Assembly (NCBI GenBank): GCA_041601615.1
Contig: JBFIHX010000001.1
Span: forward strand, 288,001-352,000
From: Thermoplasmatota archaeon
Lineage (GTDB): Archaea; Thermoplasmatota; E2; JACPAO01; JAHFTW01
Direction of reading: 5' to 3'
Length of the DNA stretch: 64,000 bases
Of this stretch, positions 55,301 through 63,200 are shown piece after piece. Numbering within the stretch: position 1 is the first letter of the stretch; every line of letters starts with the position of its first letter. A program made the translations under genes and the position numbers. The notes under the pieces were generated by a model that was given only the letters and a program-made list of their open reading frames with translations, ran no database searches and was not told where the DNA came from.

Positions 55301-55412
55301 GGGATTCGATGCCGTTGAGGAGGTTGTCAAAGAATTGTTCGGGGGATTGGGCTCCGGGGAAGCGGCAGGACATGCCGACGATGGCAATGGCTTCGGGGTC
55401 TTGGTCGGTCAT
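52353..55412 (-). CDS. Type I PKS module KS-AT-carrier protein (1019 aa, no KR/DH/TE)
   Basis: IAIVGMSCRFPGA, DPQ.R, TACSTSL (Cys), HGTGT and NIGHL (KS); GQGAQ, GHSLG and RAFHS (AT); FFDLGGHSL (carrier). GGAGG RBS at 55420-55424. Start ATG 55412 overlaps the upstream TGA. Confidence 0.95.
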   Translation of the reverse strand: MTDQDPEAIAIVGMSCRFPGAQSPEQFFDNLLNGIESLTPRRHWYEDAPRPVPAADRAGETAVGMIPDIGHLDAGYFGLTPREAEVMDPQIRLFLECAAEALQRAGHDGNDPETRVGVYAGVGINTYYLRHVLPNPRVMQGANAFQAIASNEKDFVATQTSYRLDLRGPSLSIHTACSTSLVAVVQAIESLLSYQCDVALAGASSIKPDPAFGYFLEEGNIGSKDSICRAFDAGANGTVAGSGTGVVALKRLSDALADGDPIHAVIKGAATNNDGAAKTGYTAPSIEGQSTVVSEALAVAGIEPDTIGYIETHGTGTPVGDPIEVTALHRALGAGPPNSIALGAVKTNIGHLDAAAGVAGLIKAALAVEHGTIPPTLHFQTPNPALRLTETRFHVPTAPVPFPSAPGTPRRAGVSSFGIGGTNAHVILEQAPPAAPRPEPSAAPQLITLSARSASALEASVAALATHLETEAPALEDAAWTLQTGRKRHGHRRSILAKDRTEAIEILRGAGPARRTFAHSTDAKELDVAFLLPGQGAQHIHMAQALYQNEPTFREHFDECAGHFALHGVEDLSALLYPAAGTDLAAATARLNETQQTQPALFAVEYALARLWMHWGIEPRALLGHSLGELVAATLAGVFELADATRIVAARARLMQNTPEGRMLAISAEAETVQALLEADASIAAINAPGTCVASGSPAGIEQLHARLENQGIEARLLHVTRAFHSPLVDGALEDFEAIVRSAPLQAPTIPIISNQTGAPLTDAQAKDPMYWVQHVRQPVDFAKGVAHLLEQPGLALLEVGPGRTLSSLAQRQLDPATKRAPILTSLGHPKDNADDAIVLREALARLWNAGATPNWPQVHQGPRPRRVQLPTYPWEKRRYWLPAQEAGIGKGEDTHETDAPTPETGTGPFPATNGHTRPDLPVPYAAATEPLEEALVEIWENILGFQGIGIHDDFFDLGGHSLIATKMVAHIRETFDVEVALPRLFEVRTIYELSQAVEALLMEKLEGMTDEEAARLAQ

Positions 55413-57280
55413 GGGGTGTCCTCCGGGGTTCGTGTGGGTCGGCGGCGTTGCGTGTGCGCGGCGCGGCGGGCGGCTCCGCGATCGGTGCCGGCTTGGCGGG
55501 ACGGGGTGGCTGCATGGGCGGTTGGTTGTGCGCCTTGTTGCAGTTCTTGGAGTTGCTTGGAGAGCCCGGCGATGGTGGGGTGTTCGAAGAGCAGGAGGAT
55601 GTCGAGGGGGCGTCCGAGTTCCTGTTCGAGGGCTTCCTGGACGCGGGCGGCAAGCAGGGAGTGGGCCCCGAGTTCGAACACGTTGTCGTGGATGCCGGGG
55701 GTTTTGGCGAGTTCTTGTGTCCACAATTGCACGAGGAGCCGTTCGGTGGGGTTGCGGGGGCCTTCGACGAGGACCGGTTCGACTTGGACGAGGCTGCGGG
55801 GGTCGGGGAGTGCTTTGCGGTCGAGTTTGCCGTTGGGTGTCCGGGGCAGGGGGGCGAGTTCGATGAAGTGGCTGGGCACGAGAGCGGGCGGAAGTTCGGT
55901 GTGGAGTGCTTCGCGCAAGCTGCGGGCCTGTTCGGGCGCCATGGTGCTTGCGGGCCCTTCGGTGGTTTCGTCAAGGTGGACGTAGGCGATGAGTTGTTTG
56001 CTGTCTCGGGTGTCCTCGTGGGTGGCTACGGCGCAGGCGCGGACGCGGGGCACGTTTCCGAGCGCCGCTTCGATGTCGCCAAGTTCCACGCGCATGCCTC
56101 GGATTTTGACTTGTCCGTCGATGCGGCCGTGCATTTCGACGCATCCGTCGGGGCGAATGAGGCCGCGGTCGCCGGTTCGGTATAGTCGGGTTCCTGGCAA
56201 TTCGGGGTGGTCTTGGAACCGGGCGGCGGTGGCTTCGGGCATGCCGAGGTAGCCGCGTGCGAGTCCGATGCCGCTGATGCACAACTCGCCGGCCTGTCCG
56301 GGGGGCAGGACTCGGCCTTCGTCATCGATGCTGATCATCTGTACGCCGTCGATGGGTCGTCCGAGGCAGGCGGGTGTGCCGGGTTGGCAGTCGTCGGTGC
56401 TGGTCCAGATGGTGGTTTCGGTGGGGCCGTAGAGGTTGACGAAGCGGCGGCCGTTGCCCCATCGGGCGACGAGGGATTCGGGGAAGGCGTCGCCGCCGAC
56501 CATCATGGCTCGAAGGGCCGGGAGCGGCGTTTCGGGGAGGGTGGCAAGCACGCTTGGTGGAAAGAAGGCGATGTTGGCTTGGGTGTTGGCAAGATATCGG
56601 GCAAGGCCGGTGCCGCTGCGGCGCAGGTCGTCGGGGATCAGGATGAGGGTGGCGCCGGCGCTCCAGGGCAGGAAGATTTCGAAGAGGGATGCGTCCCAGG
56701 CGAGGTTGCTGTATTGGGTGCAGCGTTCGTTGGGTTGGACGGCAAATTGATTGCGTTGGATCTGGGCGCGGTGGGCGAGGCCTTCGTGTTCGACGAGGAC
56801 GCCTTTGGGTGTGCCTGTGCTGCCGCTGGTGTAGAGGACGTAGGCGAGGTTGCTTGCGCGGACGGTGGGCAGTTTGCTTGCGTCGTGGTCCGTGGGTGCG
56901 GGTTGCAGGCGGGGCGGCGCGAGGGTCTGGCCGCTGCCTTTGCCATCGATTCGCGTTGTGATGGTGCAGTGGGGTTGTGCGTCTGCGAGGATTGCGTCGC
57001 GTCGGGCGGGGGGAAGCGCTGGATCAAGGGGCAGGTAGGCGCCGCCGGCTTTCCAGATTCCGAGCATGGCGACGAGGGTTTCGGGAGTCCGGTGGGCGTC
57101 TACGGCGACGATGGCTTCCGGTTGGAGGCCTGTGGCGAGCAATTGCTGGGCGAAGATGGTGGCAGCGAGGTCCAATTGTGCGTAGGTGAGGCGCGTGGTT
57201 CCCGCTTCGAGTGCGATGGCGTCGGGCGTTCTTTGGGCGTGCTGCCTGATGAGTTCGTGGGCAAGGGGGTGCGGGTTCAT
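55409..57280 (-). CDS. Stand-alone NRPS A-T didomain (623 aa)
   Basis: YTSGSTGTPKG, YGPTE, YRTGD, GRIDGQVKIRG and NGKLD (A); FELGAHSL (T). AGGAGG RBS at 57285-57290. Confidence 0.95.
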   Translation of the reverse strand: MNPHPLAHELIRQHAQRTPDAIALEAGTTRLTYAQLDLAATIFAQQLLATGLQPEAIVAVDAHRTPETLVAMLGIWKAGGAYLPLDPALPPARRDAILADAQPHCTITTRIDGKGSGQTLAPPRLQPAPTDHDASKLPTVRASNLAYVLYTSGSTGTPKGVLVEHEGLAHRAQIQRNQFAVQPNERCTQYSNLAWDASLFEIFLPWSAGATLILIPDDLRRSGTGLARYLANTQANIAFFPPSVLATLPETPLPALRAMMVGGDAFPESLVARWGNGRRFVNLYGPTETTIWTSTDDCQPGTPACLGRPIDGVQMISIDDEGRVLPPGQAGELCISGIGLARGYLGMPEATAARFQDHPELPGTRLYRTGDRGLIRPDGCVEMHGRIDGQVKIRGMRVELGDIEAALGNVPRVRACAVATHEDTRDSKQLIAYVHLDETTEGPASTMAPEQARSLREALHTELPPALVPSHFIELAPLPRTPNGKLDRKALPDPRSLVQVEPVLVEGPRNPTERLLVQLWTQELAKTPGIHDNVFELGAHSLLAARVQEALEQELGRPLDILLLFEHPTIAGLSKQLQELQQGAQPTAHAATPSRQAGTDRGAARRAAHTQRRRPTRTPEDTP

Positions 57281-60200
57281 GCGACCTCCTTGGGTGTGAG
57301 GTGTGCGTTCAGGGTCTCTGCTAGGTCTTCCACGAATCCGGGTTCTAGGATGTGGTCGTGGGTGCCGGGAATGGTGGCTTCGCGGGGGGCCTTGGAGAGG
57401 TGTTTGTACCAACTGGAGACGAGGGTGGGTAGCTGGGCGCGGGTGTCGTCGGTGACGAGCAGGATTGCCGGGGCTTGGACGGTTCCTGGTTCGTGTTCGA
57501 GCATGGCTTGGATGTGGGCTTGGCGCACGGCGAGGCGGCGGGCCACGTCGGCTCGGTCTGGTTCTTGGTCGGGGGTGAGGCCTACGAGTTGCAGGATTTC
57601 GGGACCGATGGGGCCGTCTTCGAGTTCGACCTTGGTTTTGAGGTGGCTTGCGAGGTTGAATGTGGGGGTTGGTTCCAGGAGCACCAATTGGTCCACGGTG
57701 TGTCCGTCGGCTTCCAGGATGCGGGTCATTTCGTGGGCGATGAGGGCGCCGAAGGACCAGCCGCCGAGGGTGTAGGGGGCTTGGGGTTGGATGGTGCGCA
57801 TGTCGTGGAGGTATTGCTTGGCGAGTTCGGTGATGGAGGAGTTTGGTGTGGTGCCTTCTTGGATGCCGGGGGCTTGGAATGCGTGGAGGGCGTGGTGGGG
57901 GAGCATCCGGGCGAGGGGTGCGAAGGGGCCGGCGCCTCCTGCTGCGGCGTGGACGAGGAAGAGGGGGTTGTTGGAGCGTTGTCCGAAGGAGACGATGCTG
58001 CCGTTGCTGGCGGCGGTGCCGGTTTCGATGGCGTTGGCGAGTTCTTCGATGTTTTGGAATTCGAACAGTTGTTTGGGTTCGAGGTGGATGCCTTGTTGTT
58101 CGGCAAGGGCGATGACGCGGATGGTGAGGATGCTGTCGCCGCCGATGTCGAAGAAGTTGTCGTGGATGCCGACGTGGTCGCGTTTGAGGACCTTGGACCA
58201 GATGTTGAAGAGGGTTCGTTCTAGTTCTGTGCGGGGTGCTTGGTGGTGGTCGGCGGTTTGGGGGCTGGCGCCGGGCGCGGGGAGGGCTGTTTTGTCGACT
58301 CTGCCGTGGAGGGTCAGGGGCATGGCGTCGAGGGGGACGATGGCGCTGGGGATCATAGAGTCGGGCAGGGTTCGTGCCAGTGCTGCGCGTAGGGCCTCGG
58401 GTGTGCGTTGTTTGCCGTCGCCATGGACGATGTAAGCGATGAGTCGTGGGTTGCCGGGTTCGTCTTCGCGGATGGTTGCGACGGCGGTTGCGATCTCTGC
58501 TTGTTCGTGTAGGGCGGCTTCGATTTCGCCAGGGTCGATGCGGTGGCCTCGAATGTTGATTTGGTCATCCATGCGGCCAAGGTACTCGAGTTGGCCGTCG
58601 GGGCGCCAGCGGGCGATGTCGCCGGTCCGGTGCATGCGTTCGCCGGTTGCAAAGGGTGCTTCGACGAATCGCTCGTTGGCGAGGCCTGGGCGGTTGATGT
58701 AGTCCGTGGCGAGGCCGGTGCCGGCGATGCAGAGTTCTCCGGCGATGCCTACGGGGACGGGTTGGAGGTGGGCGCCGAGCACATAGGCGCGGTTGTTGGC
58801 GATGGGTCGGCCGATGGGGGTGGTGCCTTGGTGGTCTGCGGAGATTTCGGCGAGGGTTGCGATGACCGTCGCCTCCGTGAGGCCATAGGCGTTCGCGAGT
58901 GAAACCTTGCGGGCCCAGGTGCGGGCGAGTGCGGGGGGCAGTGGGTCGCCGCGGGTGAGCAGTCGTTCGAGGTGGGGTAGCTGCACGTCTGGTGGCAGGG
59001 TTGCCAGGACGGCGGGGGGCAACAGCACCGAGGTGATTTCTTGCTCGGCGAGGATGCGGTGCAGGTTGGCGCCGAGGGGGGTGGTGCTGGGGGTTGGGAT
59101 GATGAGGCTGGCGCCGTTGGCGAGTGTTCCGATCATTTCGAGGATGGATCCGTCGTCGCCGGCACTGGCGTATTGCAGCACGCGGCTCTTGGGGTGGATG
59201 CCGAGTGCGGTTTTGCTTGCTTCGGCGAGATTGCTGATTGCTTGGTGGTGGAGGACGACGCCCTTGGGTCGCCCATCGCTGCCACTGGTGTAGGTGATGA
59301 TCGCGGGCGCTTGTGGTCCGGGGAGGTTGCCTTGTGTTTCGACGCGAGGAGCTTCGTGCGGGATGCTGTCGAGGGTGATGCGGGTGCCGGGCCAGGTGCC
59401 AAGCAGCGCTTCTTGTTTGGCGTGGTGGAGGACTGTTTTGATATGGGCGTCGTTGAGGATGTAGGCGATGCGATCGCGGGGGGCGCTTGGTGCGATGGGC
59501 ACGTAGACGGCGCCGGCTTTGAGGACGCCGAGCAGGGCGGCGGGCGTGTCGGTGCTGCGTTCGAGCAGGACGGCGACATGGTCTCCGGGTTGGGTTCCGG
59601 ATGCCTTGATGTGGGCTGCGATGGCTTCGGCGCGGTCGTCTAGTTGCGCGTAGGTCCATGTGGAGTCGCCGTGGAGGACGGCGGGTGCGTCGGGCGTGCG
59701 GTGTCGTTGTTCTTGGACGAGGTCGTGGATGCAGTGGGCGTCGGGGTAGGGCGCGGAGGTTTGGTTCCAGGTGTGCAAGACGAGTTCGCGTTCGGCGGCT
59801 GGTAGGAGGCTGAGTCCGGACAGGGGTGTGTCAGGGTCGTTGAGGACGGCTTCGATGAGGGCTTGGAATTGGTTGCAGAGGCGATCCATGGTGGTGGCAT
59901 CGAAGAGGTCGCTGCGGTATTCGACGAGGCCTTCGAGGCGCTCTTCGGCGTCGGCGACGAACATGGTGATGTCAAATTTGGAGGCGTTGCTGCTGACGGG
60001 GATGCCGCCTACGCGCACGCCGCCCCATTTGTTGCCTTCCATGGCGTCGTCTTGCAGGGCGAACATGGCTTGGAAGAGGGGCGATCGGCTGGTGTCTCGT
60101 TGGGGGTGCAGTTCGCTGACGAGGCGTTCGAAGGGTACGTCTTGGTTGGCGTAGGCGTCGAGGCAACTGTCGCGTACGCGGCTTAGAAGTTCGCGGAAGC

Positions 60201-63200
60201 TGGGGTCGCCTTGGACGTCGGCGCCGAGTACGAGGGTGTTGACGAAGAAGCCAAGGAGGCCTTCGGTTTCGGCTCGGGTGCGGCCGGCGACGGGGGTACC
60301 GATGGCAAAGTCTTCTTGTCCGCTCCAGCGGTGGAGGATGGTTTCGAAGGCGGCAAGCAAGGGCATGAAGAGGGTGACGCCTTCTTCGCGGGCGAATGTT
60401 TTGAGGCGTTCGGAGAGGTGGCTTGGGAGTGCGAACCAGCGGTGGCTGCCGCGGAAGGATTGTACTTTGGGTCGGGGGCGGTCCGTGGGGAGGTCTAGGG
60501 ATTGGACGTGGGCAAGTTCCTTGTGCCAGTGTTTCATTTGCTTGGCGAGTGCTGTTTCGTCGAGGTGTTGGCGTTGCCAGCGGGCGAAGTCTCCGTATTG
60601 GACTTCGGGGTCGGGGAGGCTGTGGGGTGTGCCTGCGTGGTAGGCTTCGTAGAGGACGCCGATTTCGTGCAGCAGGACACTCATGGACCAGCCATCGAAG
60701 GCGATGTGGTGGAAGCCTAGCAGCATCCAGTGGTCGTCGCGGGCGAGGCGTAGGAGTTTGACGCGGTAGACGGGGCCGTGGGCTAGGTCGAAGGGTTTGC
60801 GGGATTCTTCGTTTGCGATAGCTTGGGCGGCTTGTTCGCGGTCGGCCACGGGTATGTGGGTCAAGTCGATGATTTCGAGGGGTTGTCGGTCGTGGGGGCC
60901 GACGAGTTGGGTGGGTTGTCCTTCGTCGTCGGTGGTGTAGGTGGTGCGCAGGACGTGGTGTCGGCGTATGGTTTCGCTGAGGGCACTTTCGAGGGCGCGC
61001 ACGTCGAGGATGCCGGAGAGGCGGTAGAAGGCGGGGATGTTGTAGACGGCGCTCCCGGGTTCCCATTGGTCGAGGAACCAGAGTCGTTGTTGGCTGAAGG
61101 AGAGTGGCGCGGATTCTGTTTCGTCGTTGCCGTCGAATCGAGTAACGGGGGGCACCAGCAGCCCTGAGCCGTCGTCGCGCAGGCGGCGGACTTCGTGGGC
61201 GAGTGCTTCGAGGGTGCGGGCTGAAAATAGGGTCTTCAAAGGCACTTCCATGTCGAGTGCGTTGCGGATGCGGCTGACGACTTGGGTGGCGGTGAGGCTG
61301 TGGCCGCCGAGTTCGAAGAAGTCGTCGTGGACACCGACGCGGGTGGCGCCAAGCACGCGGGTCCAGATGCTGGCGAGGATTTGTTCGACGGGGTCGCGGG
61401 GGGCGATGTGGTTGCTGCCGAGGCGGGCGATGTCTTCGGGGGCGGGGAGTGCTTTGCGGTCGACTTTGCCATTGGGGGTGAGCGGTAGGGCTTCGAGGGC
61501 GACGAAGGCCGAGGGGATCATGGCGTCGGGGAGGGTCTGGGCTAGGAAGCTGCGCAGGTCGGGGGCGGCGGGGACGTTGTCTCCAAGGAGGTAGGCGACG
61601 AGTCGTTGGCCGCCGGCGGGGTCGGGCAGGGCCATGGCGAATGCGTCGGCAACTAGGGGGTGGGCGCGCAGGGCGTTTTCCACTTCGCCGCATTCGATGC
61701 GGTGGCCGCGGATCTTGACTTGGTGGTCGATGCGTCCCAAAAATTCCAGTTCGCCGTCGGGGTTCCAGCGGGCGAGATCCCCGGTGCGGTAGAGGCGGGC
61801 GGTGGCGTCGTCGGGCTGGGTGGGGTCGTTTATGAAGCGGTCGGCGGTGAGTTCGGGGCGGTCGTGGTAGCCGCGTGCGAGGCAGTCGCCGCCGATGCAG
61901 AGTTCTCCTGCGACGCCTGCGGGGACGGGGCGTTTTTTGGTGTCGAGTAGCACGATGCGGGCGCCTGCAAACGGTTTGCCGATCGTGGGGGTGCCGTCGC
62001 CGACTTGGCATTGTTTGATGCTGGCGCAGACGGTGCTTTCGGTGGGGCCGTAGGCGTTGAACATGCTGCGTCCGTGGGCCCAAGCGTTGCAGAGGTCGGC
62101 GGCGAGTTCTTCTCCGGCGGAGACGACGACGCGGAGGTTGGGCAGGGATTCAGGTTCGAGGCTTCGAAGGACCGTGGGAGGCAGGGTTGCCGCGTGGATG
62201 GTTTCCTGGACGAGGAAGGATTGGAGTGCTTCTCCGGCGACGCGCTGGGGCATCAGGCAGAGGGTTGCGCCGTTTGCGAGGGCCATGAGCATTTCCCAGA
62301 CGCTGGCGTCGAAGCTCCAGGAGGCAAATTGCAGCACACGGGTGCCGGGTTGGATGTCAAAGGCGGCTTGTTGGGCGGCGGCGAGGGCGGCGGCGCCCTG
62401 GTGTTCGACGAGGACGCCTTTGGGTTTGCCGGTGCTGCCGCTGGTGTAGATGATGTAGGCAAGGTCGCGGGGCTTCGTCTCGACCGGGGCGAAGGCTGCC
62501 GGCGCCTTCCAGGTGGATTCGTCGTCGAGCAAGATCAAGTCGGCTCCGGTGTCGGTGAATCGATCGGCGAGGTCGCTGGTGGTGATGATGCATTGGGCTT
62601 GACTGTCTTGCAACATGTGCGCAATGCGGTCGGCGGGGTATTCGGGGTCGACGGGGACGTAGGCGGCGCCGGCTTGGAAGGTGCCGAGGGCGGCTGCGAC
62701 GGCGTCGGGGCTGGGTTTGAGGGCCAGGGCGAGGACGGTGCCGTGCTCGATGCCGATAGCGCGAAGGCATGCGGCGAATGCGTTGCTGCGCGCTTGCAGT
62801 TCTTGGTAGGTGTACTTGATTCCGGCTTGTTCGACGGCGATGGCCTTGGGGTCCGCCGTGGCGCGGGCGTGGACGAGGTCGTGGATGCAGGCGGGTGCCA
62901 CATGGGTGGTCGTTTGGCCCCAGTGGGCGAGGCGGGCGGATTCGTTGGCTCCGAGGATGCCGAGGTCTCCGACTGTGGCTGTGGGTGGCGCGTGGGCGAG
63001 GCCTTCGAGCACATGGGTGAGGTGTTCCATGAGCCGTTGGATGCCGGCGTCGTCGAAGCGGCTGGTGTCAAAGAACAGGCGCAGGCCGAGCCCGTCACCA
63101 GGTGCGGCCACGAGGGAGAGAGGGAAGTTGGTGCGGCTGAGTCCCTGGACGCTTTGGATGGGGAGGGCTTGTTTGCTGCCTTCGCTCCAAGGGTAGTTTT

